Assembly (NCBI GenBank): GCA_963169855.1
Contig: CAUJCN010000002.1
Span: 69,508-133,507 of the forward strand
Length of the DNA: 64,000 nt
Source: Patescibacteria group bacterium
GTDB lineage: Bacteria > Patescibacteriota > Dojkabacteria > J137
Reading direction: 5' to 3'
Part shown: piece after piece, positions 29,633-41,092 of the stretch
Layout: every line of letters begins with the position of its first letter
Numbering within the stretch: the first letter of the stretch is position 1
Notes under the pieces: model-generated
The model's input: only the letters and a program-made list of their open reading frames with translations
Told to the model about the DNA's origin: nothing
The model's database searches: none
Program-made: the position numbers and the translations under genes

Positions 29633-30586
29633 TCACTTCATTAGAAATGTATTTACAAGTTTAGCTGCCATATCTGTGCTATTTATTTTATTCAACTCAT
29701 ATCCTCTACCCTCTCCTTCAAACCAAGTAATTTGTCTTTTTGCGTAATGCCAATGAGCGTTCTTAACCAGTTCCAAACATTGTTTTCCTGTAATTTTACC
29801 GCTTAATAAATCTAATACTTCTGAATAGCCAATTCCATGTAACGCAATACTATTTTCGCCATATTTTTCCTTTGCCTTAAGAGTTTCTTCAACTAGTCCT
29901 TCTTTAAACATCTCCTCTACTCTGTTATGAATTCTGTTACGTAAATCCTCACGATCAAAACTTGGGTATAAAAAGATCAGTTCATATTTTTGATTCTGAT
30001 TTTGAACTAATGTGATTCCCTTTTCTAATTTTGAAAGATGCATAGAAAGTCTTCGTGGATTCGATTTATCGCTTACATTTAACTGCTCGTATTCTTTAGG
30101 ATATTTTTCTTTATAAGTTTTCTGAAGTTTATCTAAATCAACATCTTCGTAAGTATTTTCAACATTATCTTGTAGATCATAATTTCGAAATATAGAATCG
30201 ATGTACAAACCTGTACCTCCTACGAGAAAAATGTTTTTATCTTTAAGTTCTTCGACTTTTGCGTCAGAGTCTCTTTTGAAATCATAAACGCTATATCGTT
30301 GATCGGGATCAATCAAATTTACTAAATGAATTGGAATGTTCTGAACAAGGTACTGATTATCTTTAAACTCCAAATCACCTTTGTTTGTACCAATATCTAG
30401 GTCTCGATAGACCTGTCTTGAGTCTGCAGAAATGATTTCCCCACCCATAGACGTAGCTAACTCTACTGCAAGTTTAGTTTTACCAGACGAAGTCGGTCCA
30501 CAAATCACTACTATCTTTTGCATAAGTTCAGCCAATTTAATATTATGTATTATATCAACTAAGGCTACGACTTTGATAAAAGTCAA
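29633..30586 (-). CDS. miaA: tRNA dimethylallyltransferase
   Basis: P-loop GPTSSGKT; ADSRQVYRDLDIGTNK. Confidence 0.85.
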   Translation of the reverse strand: MTFIKVVALVDIIHNIKLAELMQKIVVICGPTSSGKTKLAVELATSMGGEIISADSRQVYRDLDIGTNKGDLEFKDNQYLVQNIPIHLVNLIDPDQRYSVYDFKRDSDAKVEELKDKNIFLVGGTGLYIDSIFRNYDLQDNVENTYEDVDLDKLQKTYKEKYPKEYEQLNVSDKSNPRRLSMHLSKLEKGITLVQNQNQKYELIFLYPSFDREDLRNRIHNRVEEMFKEGLVEETLKAKEKYGENSIALHGIGYSEVLDLLSGKITGKQCLELVKNAHWHYAKRQITWFEGEGRGYELNKINSTDMAAKLVNTFLMK

Positions 30587-30629
30587 CCTTTTTATTTTTC
30601 AGCTTTTAGCTTCTTAGCTTTAAGCCTTT

Positions 30630-31976
30630 TTGATTATGTTTGAAACTACAATACTTTTTCGAATTCTACTTTCTACAGTTTTAGGAGCTGTAATTGGGTT
30701 AGAGACGGAAACCAGAGAAATCGAGAAAAAAGGAAATGTCGATAAAATTGATGAGAGAAGCAGAATCGGAGGTGTCAGAACTTACACTCTGATTTCTTTG
30801 TTAGGTGGAATATCAGGACTTTTCTATTACATTAACGAGAAGACAATCGCGATGATTATTTTTACTGCGATTATTCTTTTTCTTCAAGTTGCATATTATC
30901 TAAATGTTCAGTTAAAGAAAGCTTTTGGTTTAACTACTGAAATTGCAATTCTGATTACCTTTATATCCGGATTTTTGATCACAAGCGTTATTACAAATAT
31001 TGAAGTTGTCTTGTTCATTCTAGTTTTACTTTCCTTCTTCTTGTCTAATAAACGAGGCATTGGAAAGATCATAGCCAGAATTCAGCACTATGAGGTTATT
31101 GATTTAATCAAATTCGGATTGGTAGGTTTGGTTGTACTTCCACTTTTACCAAATAGAGATATTTATGTTAACGATGTTTTATCCATCTTCGCTACAGGGA
31201 CTCAAGTCTCCGAACAATCCAACCTGCTTTTAATAAATCCATTTCAAATCTGGTTGATAGTTGTAATCATTTCTGGAATTTCGATTGGAAGTTACTTAAT
31301 TTCTAAAATCTTTGGAGAAAAAAATGGATTAGTAATCTCATCATTCTTCTCTGGGCTAGTATCCTCTACTTCGTCGTTGATTGCTTTTGCAGGTAAATCC
31401 AAAGAAAATTTGAAAGCATCTTCTAGGTTCGCTGGAGCCACTTTGATTTCTAATGCAACTAGTTTTTTAAGTATAGTTGCATTAATTACTGTTACGAACG
31501 GAACTTTCAGTGCTTACTCGCTTCCTATTTTCGTAATTCTTTTTCTGAGCAGTTTGATAATGGGTTTATATTTCTTGCTAACTGATGATGGAAAAGGATT
31601 CGTTAGTAATGGACATGATTCATTTACTTTAATTCCTGCACTTAAATTTGTTTCGATAATTATAGTTTTAAAGATTTTTGTTCAAATTGTTATAAATTCA
31701 AATCTTGGAACAGGTTTATTAATATTTGGAACAGCACTTTCAGGAATTACAGGGATTGATGCCCCACTTATTGCAACAGCTACTTTGGTTTTAGATGGAA
31801 TAATTTCCCCAGACCTTGGAATACTCATAATATTCTTAACTAACTCAGTAAATTATATTGCTAAAATGTTCTATGCAAAAACAAGCGGAAGTAAGGAGTT
31901 TTTACAGAACGTCTCCTTTGGACTTATAATCTCTTTGATTTCATCTTTAATCATTTTGATCACTTATGTTTTCTAA
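30630..31976 (+). CDS. MgtC/SapB-family membrane protein with C-terminal DUF4010-like region
   Basis: LSTVLGAVIGLETETRE...GGVRTYTLISLLGG resembles the MgtC N-terminal motif; >10 TM helices. Confidence 0.5.
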   Translation: MIMFETTILFRILLSTVLGAVIGLETETREIEKKGNVDKIDERSRIGGVRTYTLISLLGGISGLFYYINEKTIAMIIFTAIILFLQVAYYLNVQLKKAFGLTTEIAILITFISGFLITSVITNIEVVLFILVLLSFFLSNKRGIGKIIARIQHYEVIDLIKFGLVGLVVLPLLPNRDIYVNDVLSIFATGTQVSEQSNLLLINPFQIWLIVVIISGISIGSYLISKIFGEKNGLVISSFFSGLVSSTSSLIAFAGKSKENLKASSRFAGATLISNATSFLSIVALITVTNGTFSAYSLPIFVILFLSSLIMGLYFLLTDDGKGFVSNGHDSFTLIPALKFVSIIIVLKIFVQIVINSNLGTGLLIFGTALSGITGIDAPLIATATLVLDGIISPDLGILIIFLTNSVNYIAKMFYAKTSGSKEFLQNVSFGLIISLISSLIILITYVF

Positions 31977-32277
31977 AAATAACGAGAGTTTTACTTGTAT
32001 AAACTGCGGAAAGAAGGTCGAAGAGCACCCAACTAGTTCAAGAGATCACTGTAATCATTGTTTAGTTGGGCTTCATGTTGATATCGATCCCGGCGACAGG
32101 TTAAATGAATGCAAAGGAATCCTGGAACCCATCGGACTCAAAACCGTGAATAATAAGGAACAAATTGTCTACAAGTGTTTAAAATGCTCAAAAACACTTT
32201 TCTGTGTAACTGCACCCGATGATAATAGAGAGAAAGTCGTAGAACTGGCTCAACTCCGTTGGGAGGACTCTCTATGA
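31966..32277 (+). CDS. RNHCP-domain zinc-ribbon protein
   Basis: CINCGKK...RDHCNHCLVGLHVD...CLKCSK. Confidence 0.5.
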   Translation: MFSKNNESFTCINCGKKVEEHPTSSRDHCNHCLVGLHVDIDPGDRLNECKGILEPIGLKTVNNKEQIVYKCLKCSKTLFCVTAPDDNREKVVELAQLRWEDSL

Positions 32278-32310
32278 AAATCACCAAAAAGTGATATCAT
32301 ATAGTTAGTA

Positions 32311-32898
32311 ATGAGAAAATATACAAAAACAACTTCATTAATAATTCCATGCGGAATTGTTTTTTTGATCTTATCGAGCCTTGTTCCTTTACACCTAGAA
32401 GCTTATTCTAATTTCACAACTGTAAGGTCTGAGAAACTTCACCCAGTAACTGCTGAAATTGTGGAGGAAATCAAAGTCCAGATGCAAGCCGATTTAGAAG
32501 TAAGAAAACAGGAAGCTTTGATCCAACAACAAATTGCAAAGGTAAGATCGTTCTTTCAATCTTATGGAGCAGTAATGCAAGGCTACGAAGAGCTTTTGGT
32601 ACGAAGATCTCACGAATGTGGTGGTGATTATAGGGTTATAGTTGGTATTGCAGGAAACGAATCTGGGTTGGGTCGAATTCCATATAAACTTTACAATCCT
32701 TTTGGTTATCTAGATGGAATGCAATATGGATCTTGGGAAGAATCACTTCACAAATTGGTTTGTGTAATTTCTCAAAGATTTATTGCACCTTGCCAATCCG
32801 ATTTACAATGTATAATTAACAAATACGGCGGTCCTGGGGATGACCAGCAAAGATGGATAAACAATGTAAGCTGGTTCATGCGACAAGTAACTTTGTAA
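32311..32898 (+). CDS. secreted hypothetical protein (possibly lysozyme/transglycosylase-like)
   Basis: signal/TM N-terminus; GIAGNESGLG faintly resembles the SLT Glu-Ser motif; weak. Confidence 0.35.
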   Translation: MRKYTKTTSLIIPCGIVFLILSSLVPLHLEAYSNFTTVRSEKLHPVTAEIVEEIKVQMQADLEVRKQEALIQQQIAKVRSFFQSYGAVMQGYEELLVRRSHECGGDYRVIVGIAGNESGLGRIPYKLYNPFGYLDGMQYGSWEESLHKLVCVISQRFIAPCQSDLQCIINKYGGPGDDQQRWINNVSWFMRQVTL

Positions 32899-33027
32899 AG
32901 AAAGGTGTTGGTTATTGGGACTTAAGTCTTAGCTTTTTCGCCTTCTAGTCTTTCAGTCTTTTCACCTTCTTTAGTAATGGTATAATTCATTTACTTGAAT
33001 CTTGTTTCTTTAATCTTTTAACCTTTT

Positions 33028-33438
33028 TTGTTTATGATAAAGATTTTTACTGATGGTGGTTCTAGAGGAAATCCTGGCAATGCAGCCTGTGCATTTGTTG
33101 TTTTTGATGAAGAAAAAGTTGTTCATTTTGATTCGATATTTTTGCACCAAGCAACAAATAATTTTGCCGAATACACTGGACTAATTAGTGGACTTAAATA
33201 CTTAGTAAAAGCAAATATCACAGAAGCGTCAGCTTTCTTAGATAGCGAGTTAGTAGTAAAGCAACTGAATGGAGAATATAGAGTTAAAGATGAAAACATT
33301 CAGAAACTTTTCTCTCAGATCGTCGAACTTAAAAAGAGTTTTAAAAGTCTTACATTTACTCACGTAAGAAGAGAAGAAAATAAACTAGCAGATAAACTTG
33401 TTAACATTGTTCTCGATGCAGTCGAAGCGGTTAATTAA
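33028..33438 (+). CDS. rnhA: ribonuclease HI family protein
   Basis: IFTDGGSRGNPGNAACAFVV...AEYTGLISGL... RNase H fold motifs. Confidence 0.7.
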   Translation: MFMIKIFTDGGSRGNPGNAACAFVVFDEEKVVHFDSIFLHQATNNFAEYTGLISGLKYLVKANITEASAFLDSELVVKQLNGEYRVKDENIQKLFSQIVELKKSFKSLTFTHVRREENKLADKLVNIVLDAVEAVN

Positions 33439-34291
33439 AATTATTCTACCAATCGCAATTGTAGTTCTTATAGGAGTAAATATCTACTTCCTTTTGAACA
33501 GAACTTCGTACTCTGTAAACTACGTTGATGAAATCACGTATAAAACTAACAACGAACTCTCCAATTTTGATACTGAACAGGGAAACTATAAAAAATTTTC
33601 TTACTCAAGAAACGATAACCTAATTAACAAAGACTATTTAGAATTTGAGAACCAGCTCATTTCTGAAGGCGATGAACTTCCAGCAGATACTAGTTCCGAA
33701 GTAATATTCGATAAAGGCTATATCAGCAGTAAAGTTAATCTGGAGACATTTACAAACAAGTCTGTAGTTCTTCCACTAAAATATAGTAAGTACTTTGATT
33801 ACTTAATCTACGGTGAGTCTGAGCCAGAATTAGCTCAAAGTTGGAATTTTACAAAACTAAAGGAATTCAAGAATTTTTACATCGATTTGACTGGTTATAC
33901 AAACGAGTTCTTTATCCTACCTGGACCGCTTTCTACATTAGAATTGATGGAGAACACCGTGGGATATTTAAAAGAAAATGGCATCGAACCTTCCAGAATT
34001 TTCTTTATAATTGACATTCGAAACTATGTTTGGCCAGATAGGTTCTTCGAGAGTAACGTTATTATGAACTATACCGATAAAGTCCAACAAGCTGAGATTC
34101 TAGACGATGACCAATATATGCAGAAGTACTCTGGAATAGAAATTTTCCGAGGAACAACCGAGGCAATAGATCCATCATATAATAAAAGTCACGTTTCTCT
34201 ATCCCTGAAATCGGATTTAAGTGATATCATAGAGCTAGCCAAAAAACTTGGGCTTCAAGGATTTACTATTCAAGATGGACGAACAATTTGA
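33398..34291 (+). CDS. membrane-anchored hypothetical protein
   Basis: 297 aa, single N-terminal TM. Confidence 0.4.
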   Translation: MLTLFSMQSKRLIKIILPIAIVVLIGVNIYFLLNRTSYSVNYVDEITYKTNNELSNFDTEQGNYKKFSYSRNDNLINKDYLEFENQLISEGDELPADTSSEVIFDKGYISSKVNLETFTNKSVVLPLKYSKYFDYLIYGESEPELAQSWNFTKLKEFKNFYIDLTGYTNEFFILPGPLSTLELMENTVGYLKENGIEPSRIFFIIDIRNYVWPDRFFESNVIMNYTDKVQQAEILDDDQYMQKYSGIEIFRGTTEAIDPSYNKSHVSLSLKSDLSDIIELAKKLGLQGFTIQDGRTI

Positions 34292-34823
34292 TTTTAAGAA
34301 AATAGAAATTATTATCGGACTTGGTAACACAGGAAACGAATACTTAAACACTCGACACAATGCTGGGTTTGAATTTGTCGACTATATGGCAAACGGAACA
34401 AGATTTGTTAAAGACGACAAGTTGAAAGCTTTTGTAGCTGATGTTTCTATAAACGGACAAAGAGTCAGACTTCTAAAACCAACTACTATGATGAACTATT
34501 CTGGCGAAACACTAGTTTTAGCTATGAATTACTTCAAAATCGACCCCTCAAAAGTTTTAGTAGTATTTGATGATTTAGATTTACCTTTAGGAGAATTTAA
34601 AATACAATTTGCTAGAGGACCAAAAGTACATAACGGATTGTTATCTTTAGAAAACCGTTCAAAAGTTAAAGATTTTTGGAGAGTAAGAATTGGAGTTGAC
34701 TCCAGAGATGAAGTAACTCGAAATAGTGTTAGTGGATCAGATTACGTTTTAGCAAAATTTAAAATTAAAGAAAGAGACCTACTTCAGGAAACATTCTTCA
34801 AAATTGTAGAAGAAATATTATGA
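34275..34823 (+). CDS. pth: peptidyl-tRNA hydrolase
   Basis: IIGLGNTGNEYLNTRHNAGF motif; start placed at Met10 of the tracked ORF. Confidence 0.8.
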   Translation: MDEQFDFKKIEIIIGLGNTGNEYLNTRHNAGFEFVDYMANGTRFVKDDKLKAFVADVSINGQRVRLLKPTTMMNYSGETLVLAMNYFKIDPSKVLVVFDDLDLPLGEFKIQFARGPKVHNGLLSLENRSKVKDFWRVRIGVDSRDEVTRNSVSGSDYVLAKFKIKERDLLQETFFKIVEEIL

Positions 34824-35992
34824 AACAAGTTTATCTAAGACCTGGGAAGGAAATTCCTGTTAAATTCAAACATCACTGGATTTTTTCTGGTGCTGTCAGT
34901 GCTCCAAAAGAAAGAATCGAGGAAGGAGAAATTGTTCAGGTATTATCTGCAAATCGGGAAGTTCTAGGTCACGGATACTTCAATAACAAAACAACAATTC
35001 AGATTAGAATGCTGAACTTTAGAAATGAAGATCCTTTGATGAGTTTAGAGAATAATATTAAAAGTGCTGTCAGATTGAGAAATTCGTTGTTCGATGAAAA
35101 CACTAATACATTCCGAGTTATTAATGGCGAAGGTGATTACATTCCTGGATTAGTTGTAGATAGATACAACGATGTTCTAGTAGTTCAAGTTGCGACAGTT
35201 GGAATTGAAAAGTTGAAGAATAGAATTCTAGATCTGCTAAAAAAAGAGACCACTGATTGGAATATAACTACGATCTACGAGAAATCCAATATGCCTGCAA
35301 GAATTAAAGATGGGCTTGAAAGTTTTTCGGGACATTTGTGGGGAAATGAAATCGAAGAAACTAATGTTTTGGAAAATGGTATTAAATTTAAAGTGAACTT
35401 TGTTAAATCTCAAAAAACAGGATTATTCCTAGATATGAGAGAGATGCGAAAGTTGGTAGGTGAATATGCAAAAGGACGAAATTTGTTGAACTGCTTTAGC
35501 TATACTGGAGGATTCTCTCTTTACGCTGCTAAAGGTGGAGCTACAAAGGTGACTTCTGTAGATTTAGATAAAGATGCGATTGAAAATTGTAACGAGAACT
35601 TTGCTCTAAATGAAATCACTTCCCCAAACGAAGCAATTGCAGTTGATGCATTCAAATTCTTAAACGACGACAAACTAAATTACGACTTTGTTATTCTTGA
35701 TCCACCAGCGTTTGCAAAGAAAAAAGAAGATATTCCTAACGCTAAAAGAGGTTACGGACAAATCAATAGAATGACTTTATCAAAAATTCCTTCAGGGTCG
35801 TTCCTTTTAACTTGTTCATGCTCTTATCATTTGAGCTTTGAAGAGTTCGAAACAGTTATTAAAAAAGCTGCTAGCGATGCGAGAAGGGAGCTAAAAGTGT
35901 TGGCGAAGCACCATTTAGCTCCGGATCATCCTATCAATATAAACCATAATGAAGTAGACTATCTGAAGAGTTTACTTTTATATGTCGAATAA
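34820..35992 (+). CDS. RlmI/RlmK-like class I SAM-dependent rRNA methyltransferase (PUA + MTase)
   Basis: GLFLDMRE, FSYTGGFS, ILDPPAF, CSCS motifs. Confidence 0.7.
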   Translation: MKQVYLRPGKEIPVKFKHHWIFSGAVSAPKERIEEGEIVQVLSANREVLGHGYFNNKTTIQIRMLNFRNEDPLMSLENNIKSAVRLRNSLFDENTNTFRVINGEGDYIPGLVVDRYNDVLVVQVATVGIEKLKNRILDLLKKETTDWNITTIYEKSNMPARIKDGLESFSGHLWGNEIEETNVLENGIKFKVNFVKSQKTGLFLDMREMRKLVGEYAKGRNLLNCFSYTGGFSLYAAKGGATKVTSVDLDKDAIENCNENFALNEITSPNEAIAVDAFKFLNDDKLNYDFVILDPPAFAKKKEDIPNAKRGYGQINRMTLSKIPSGSFLLTCSCSYHLSFEEFETVIKKAASDARRELKVLAKHHLAPDHPININHNEVDYLKSLLLYVE

Positions 35993-36890
35993 CGCTCCTT
36001 TTGAACAACCACAAATAGTTGAGGATAGATTTGAAACACCTGAATTTCTGTACCTTAATATTCCACAGCAGTTTTTAGGAATCTGGGCTACTTTACCACT
36101 CCAAAGCAAACTCTCAGCAACTGCACTAGGAGGAATCGGCTTAATGACAATTAAATCTATAGAAGCAGAAGAAGACTTACAAATCAAATTCAGAAATGTG
36201 TCTGGAAGAAAAAAATTTGCTGAACCTAAAACTCCACAGGAATTTATTAATATTCTAAAAACAGGTAACACAATTGTTCAAAAGGCTATTCCAACAATCC
36301 AGTATGTTATTGATTTGTGTGCTATTAAAAACAAGTTACACGAACTTACAAGCGAGGTTCTTTACCAATTGCTAGTGGCGATTTTGAAAACAAATGGAAT
36401 CGAGGAATCGTTTATAGGGGATTTAGAAAAGCGCTTAAAAGGACACTTAATGACTACACAGGAAACAGATGAAGTTGAGATTGAGAGTATTACGTATCAA
36501 GGAAAAACATTTACTCCTCAAGAGTTTGAAATTGAACAACAAGCGTTACTTGAAAAGATGAATCAAGTCCCAGCAACTGTTACCAAAGGAAGCTACCTTT
36601 ATAGAATGCCTAGGTCTAACGAATTCAAAGAAATGAGACAAAACAAAGGAATGTGGTTAATGCCGTTACGAACAAACTTTGTTGACGAAAAAGCATACAC
36701 TAGTGGTCCTAGCTTTATAGACATCTTTCAAGATGAGGATGACTATGCTGGTGTGAGCATTAGACTACAAGTTAAGTTCCAAGGATTCCAGTATAGATTT
36801 ATGAGTGGAGTTGTTGAAAGTTTTACTCCAATGTTTGTAGAAACTGAGTATTTAGATACGGAAACTGGTGAATGGAAGAAATTTGATTAA
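35982..36890 (+). CDS. hypothetical protein
   Basis: 302 aa, no motif recognised. Confidence 0.4.
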   Translation: MSNNAPFEQPQIVEDRFETPEFLYLNIPQQFLGIWATLPLQSKLSATALGGIGLMTIKSIEAEEDLQIKFRNVSGRKKFAEPKTPQEFINILKTGNTIVQKAIPTIQYVIDLCAIKNKLHELTSEVLYQLLVAILKTNGIEESFIGDLEKRLKGHLMTTQETDEVEIESITYQGKTFTPQEFEIEQQALLEKMNQVPATVTKGSYLYRMPRSNEFKEMRQNKGMWLMPLRTNFVDEKAYTSGPSFIDIFQDEDDYAGVSIRLQVKFQGFQYRFMSGVVESFTPMFVETEYLDTETGEWKKFD

Positions 36891-37531
36891 TAAATAGCCG
36901 TTCCTCTGGAATTAAAGATATATCTGAAGAAATCAAAATCTTGTCTTTTTACAGCAAGATCAAATTCTTTTTCTCCAGGATCAACAAATTCAATATATTC
37001 TCCCTTCTCGTCTGTTCCAATATTTTGAATTATAACTATGTGGCTTTCTCGAGTTCTTAATGAATGTATAGATGCTAGAAAATATTTGTATTTACCACTT
37101 TTGAAATCTGCAACTAACTCATCAAAAGGATAATCAAGCTTAGTTTCTGCTTTAATTCCGTAATCATTCATAACTTGAGGAATTCCACGATGATCGATTC
37201 CGTTGATTAATCCAAAGACTGGATTATATTCTTGATTCTCATCTTTAATTACATCGTGTGGTTGAATGTTTTTAACTTTTGACTGCTGTCCTACAGTAAT
37301 CAGAGAATCCTTCCCATTCAATATATATGGTCTGTAAACGGTCGGTCCTGAATTCTTGTGCATTTCAACTAATTTTGAAAGAAACTCCTCAAGACTACCG
37401 TTTTCGACAACTCTATTATTGGACAACTGCTGAATTATCATTGCTACACAAGTTACACCACAAGTTGACCACTGTAAGTCTTTATGGGAGAAAGCTGTGA
37501 ACTGAGAAATGTAGTTTTCTTTTGTAATCAT
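36887..37531 (-). CDS. papain-like cysteine peptidase, C39-like family
   Basis: Q...CGVTCVAMI (Gln/Cys) and downstream His (SHIVIIQN). Confidence 0.45.
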   Translation of the reverse strand: MITKENYISQFTAFSHKDLQWSTCGVTCVAMIIQQLSNNRVVENGSLEEFLSKLVEMHKNSGPTVYRPYILNGKDSLITVGQQSKVKNIQPHDVIKDENQEYNPVFGLINGIDHRGIPQVMNDYGIKAETKLDYPFDELVADFKSGKYKYFLASIHSLRTRESHIVIIQNIGTDEKGEYIEFVDPGEKEFDLAVKRQDFDFFRYIFNSRGTAIY

Positions 37532-37603
37532 TAAACTATTCTAGCACTGTTGAACTCTCGTGGCACATGAAAAAACACCGTTTTCGTGCTACAATTAGAA
37601 ATC

Positions 37604-40600
37604 ATGGACAACAAAGTACGAATAAAGGGTGCTAGGACCAACAACCTCAAAAACATCGATTTAGATATCCCAAAACATAAATTAGTAGTGATTACTGGAC
37701 TTTCAGGTTCAGGAAAATCATCACTAGCTTTCGATACGATCTATGCTGAAGGGCAAAGACGATACGTTGAATCGTTATCTGCTTACGCCCGACAGTTCGT
37801 TGGTTTAATGGATAAACCAGATGTAGACCTTATCGAAGGACTTTCTCCAGCAATTTCAATTGATCAAAAGACATCAGGTCATAATCCTCGATCTACAGTT
37901 GGAACAGTAACAGAAATCTACGACTATTTAAGACTTTTGTTTGCTAGAGTTGGTCACCCAAGAAGTCCCGTGTCTGGACAGAGATTGGAGAAGCAATCTG
38001 TTTCACAGATCGTTGACTCTATTTTAAGTTACCCTGAAGTTTTTGGAGAAAGCGTAAAAATATTAGTTCTTGCCCCTGTAATCAAAAATAGGAAAGGAAC
38101 TTACGAAGAACTATTCACCAGATTCTTTTCTCAAGGATACGCCAGAGTTAGAGTTGACGAACAAGTATATTCACTTGAAGAAGAAATTAAACTTGATAAA
38201 TTCGTCAAACATAATATCGAAGTTGTAATAGACAGATTAGTAATTGAGAAATCAAAAAAAGATGAAAAGGAATTTGTGAAAAGACTTACTGACTCAATCG
38301 AGTTAGCAATCAATTTAGGCGAAGGTGAAGTTTTAATCAATTTGGTAGATGCAAAAGAACTCGATACTAAGAAACTTAAAGCAACTTTAAGAGCAAATGG
38401 AGACGTTTTCTATTCAGAAAAGTTAGTTGATCCTGCTACAGGAACATCATTCTCAGAAATCGAACCACACTCATTCTCATTTAACTCTCCATTTGGAGCG
38501 TGTCCTGTTTGTAATGGACTCGGATCTATAAAAGAAGTTGACGAGTCTTTGGTTTATAACCCCAGATTAACAATTTCAGAAGGCGGAATTTACCCAATGG
38601 CTCGAACTATAGAGAATGAAGATTCAGCTACTTTCAAAATTCTTTTACAGGTTGCAGAGAAACAGAAAATCGATTTAAAGAAACCAATAGGACAACTGTC
38701 AGACAGAGAAAGAGAAGTAATTTTCTACGGAACTGGAGAAACATCTTATCCAGTAGAATATTTCGACTCAAGTGGAAACAGAAAAGTCTGGAATGCAAAG
38801 TACGAAGGGGTTGTTAATAACTTACTAAGAAGATACCAGGAAACAGATTCAGACTTTATAAGATCCGAAATCGAAGAATACATGGTAGAAAAACCTTGTG
38901 CAGAATGTAAAGGATATAGATTGAAGAAGGACGTTTTAGCAGTAACAATCGAAGGATTCAACATTGTAGACGTTGGAAACATGAGCATTTTAGACGCTCA
39001 CAAATGGATAGAATGGATTCAAAAACCAGATGAATCATTCAAAACTGAAAACATCTCTACTCTGTTCGATATTTTTGCCGTGCCTGACGGCAGGCAGGGA
39101 ATTAAGCCGGAAGACATCAAGGATGACCATCTAAGTAATCAAGAAAAGGAAATTGGAAAACAAGTATTCAAAGAAATTGCTACCAGATTAAACTTTTTAA
39201 ATTCAGTAGGATTGGATTATCTAACCTTGAACAGAACAGCAAAAACGCTATCTGGAGGAGAATCTCAAAGAATCAGACTAGCTTCTCAGATCGGAACTGG
39301 ACTTACAGGAGTTATGTACGTTTTAGATGAACCTTCAATTGGTTTACATCAACGAGATAACGATAAACTTCTGACAACCTTAGAAAGACTAAGAGACTTA
39401 GGAAACTCAGTTATTGTTGTAGAGCATGACGAAGACACAATCAAAAAAGCTGATTATATTGTGGATATCGGACCTGGAGCTGGAGAACACGGGGGACAAG
39501 TTATTGGGGCAGGAACATTAGAAGATATTGTTAAAGTAAAAGATTCATTAACAGCTAAATACCTATCTGGCGAAATGGTAATTACAAAAGAAAATGTTGA
39601 TAAAGATCTAAAAGAATTAGGTTTAAAGAAAGCGAAGACAAGTAGTAAAGGAGAAATGATTAGACTTTATGGGGTTACTCATAATAATCTTAAAAATGTT
39701 GATTTAGAAGTTCCATTATCAAAATTCGTAGCCATTACAGGAGTTTCGGGAAGTGGAAAATCATCTTTGATTAATGATGTTTTATACAACGCTTTAGCAA
39801 AACATTTCTACGATTCAAAAGAAATGCCTGGTCATTATTCAGAACTTAGAGGTCTTGAACATATCGACAAAGTAATCAATATGGATCAGTCTCCAATTGG
39901 ACGAACTCCTAGATCTAACCCAGCAACTTACACTGGAGTTTTCAATTTGATTAGAGACATTTTTGCTTCTACAAAAGAATCTCAAGTTAGAGGATACAAA
40001 GCAGGAAGATTCAGTTTCAACGTAAAAGGCGGACGATGCGAAAAATGTGAAGGAGCTGGAGTTATCAAGATTTCAATGCAATTCTTACCAGATGTTTACG
40101 TAACTTGCGAAGAATGTGGCGGAAAGAGATACAACAGAGAAACTCTTCAAATTGATTACAAAGGAAAGAATATTTCCGAGGTTCTGAACATGACAATTGA
40201 AGAAGGTGCTCAGTTTTTTGAGAATGTAACTGCAATTTCTACAAAATTGCAAACTTTAATGGATGTTGGACTTGGATACATTAGACTTGGTCAAGCTGCA
40301 ACAACACTATCCGGAGGAGAATCCCAAAGAGTTAAACTTGCTTCAGAACTTGCTAAACGATCAACAGGAAAAACATTCTACATTCTTGATGAGCCTACAA
40401 CTGGACTTCATTTTGAAGATGTTAGAAAACTTTTGATTGTTCTACACGGACTTGTTTACAAAGGAAACACAGTTCTGGTTATCGAACATAACTTGGATGT
40501 TATAAAAACTGCTGACTGGATCGTTGATTTAGGCCCAGAAGGTGGAGCAAAAGGAGGAGAAATTCTAGTAGAAGGAACTCCAGAAAAGGTCGCGAACACT

Positions 40601-40642
40601 AAAGGAAGTTACACTGGAGAATGGCTTAAAAAGATTTTATAA
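37604..40642 (+). CDS. uvrA: excinuclease ABC subunit A
   Basis: two ABC ATPase modules ([20 protein letters not shown]; two LSGGESQR signatures); zinc-finger CxxC pairs; start placed at ATG 37604. Confidence 0.95.
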   Translation: MDNKVRIKGARTNNLKNIDLDIPKHKLVVITGLSGSGKSSLAFDTIYAEGQRRYVESLSAYARQFVGLMDKPDVDLIEGLSPAISIDQKTSGHNPRSTVGTVTEIYDYLRLLFARVGHPRSPVSGQRLEKQSVSQIVDSILSYPEVFGESVKILVLAPVIKNRKGTYEELFTRFFSQGYARVRVDEQVYSLEEEIKLDKFVKHNIEVVIDRLVIEKSKKDEKEFVKRLTDSIELAINLGEGEVLINLVDAKELDTKKLKATLRANGDVFYSEKLVDPATGTSFSEIEPHSFSFNSPFGACPVCNGLGSIKEVDESLVYNPRLTISEGGIYPMARTIENEDSATFKILLQVAEKQKIDLKKPIGQLSDREREVIFYGTGETSYPVEYFDSSGNRKVWNAKYEGVVNNLLRRYQETDSDFIRSEIEEYMVEKPCAECKGYRLKKDVLAVTIEGFNIVDVGNMSILDAHKWIEWIQKPDESFKTENISTLFDIFAVPDGRQGIKPEDIKDDHLSNQEKEIGKQVFKEIATRLNFLNSVGLDYLTLNRTAKTLSGGESQRIRLASQIGTGLTGVMYVLDEPSIGLHQRDNDKLLTTLERLRDLGNSVIVVEHDEDTIKKADYIVDIGPGAGEHGGQVIGAGTLEDIVKVKDSLTAKYLSGEMVITKENVDKDLKELGLKKAKTSSKGEMIRLYGVTHNNLKNVDLEVPLSKFVAITGVSGSGKSSLINDVLYNALAKHFYDSKEMPGHYSELRGLEHIDKVINMDQSPIGRTPRSNPATYTGVFNLIRDIFASTKESQVRGYKAGRFSFNVKGGRCEKCEGAGVIKISMQFLPDVYVTCEECGGKRYNRETLQIDYKGKNISEVLNMTIEEGAQFFENVTAISTKLQTLMDVGLGYIRLGQAATTLSGGESQRVKLASELAKRSTGKTFYILDEPTTGLHFEDVRKLLIVLHGLVYKGNTVLVIEHNLDVIKTADWIVDLGPEGGAKGGEILVEGTPEKVANTKGSYTGEWLKKIL

Positions 40643-40643
40643 T

Positions 40644-40880
40644 TTAGATCCTAAGCTGAGCATCGGACTGAGGTCTCTTACTCTCAACTACTTCTATAAT
40701 ATCGTTAATTAGTTCCCCTATAACAGGAACAGTAACAAAAGGTCTTAGTAAAAGAACCCCTATAGCAATTACCACTGTTGAACCTACAATGAATCCTATT
40801 CCGCTAAAGATTCCATTAACTAAAGATGCTTTGATGTTAGGACTTCTGATTTCTTTTAGAATTTTTTCTGTATCGTTCAT
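40644..40880 (-). CDS. small membrane protein
   Basis: 78 aa, two TM helices. Confidence 0.35.
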   Translation of the reverse strand: MNDTEKILKEIRSPNIKASLVNGIFSGIGFIVGSTVVIAIGVLLLRPFVTVPVIGELINDIIEVVESKRPQSDAQLRI

Positions 40881-41092
40881 ATAAATATTCTACTTCAAAA
40901 AAGCGGTTATTAAAAGATCTGGCAGAATAGTATGCATCCTGCAAGCCTCTATACTTACAAGTAAGAGATAGAAACCCATAGATACTGTTTGATGGATCAG
41001 ACCAAAATCAGTGATACATGTATGGTTCCAATGAGATCATGATCTACACCTGGACCCCAATCTTTAAATCTGAAAACCGTCCGATATTTAAG

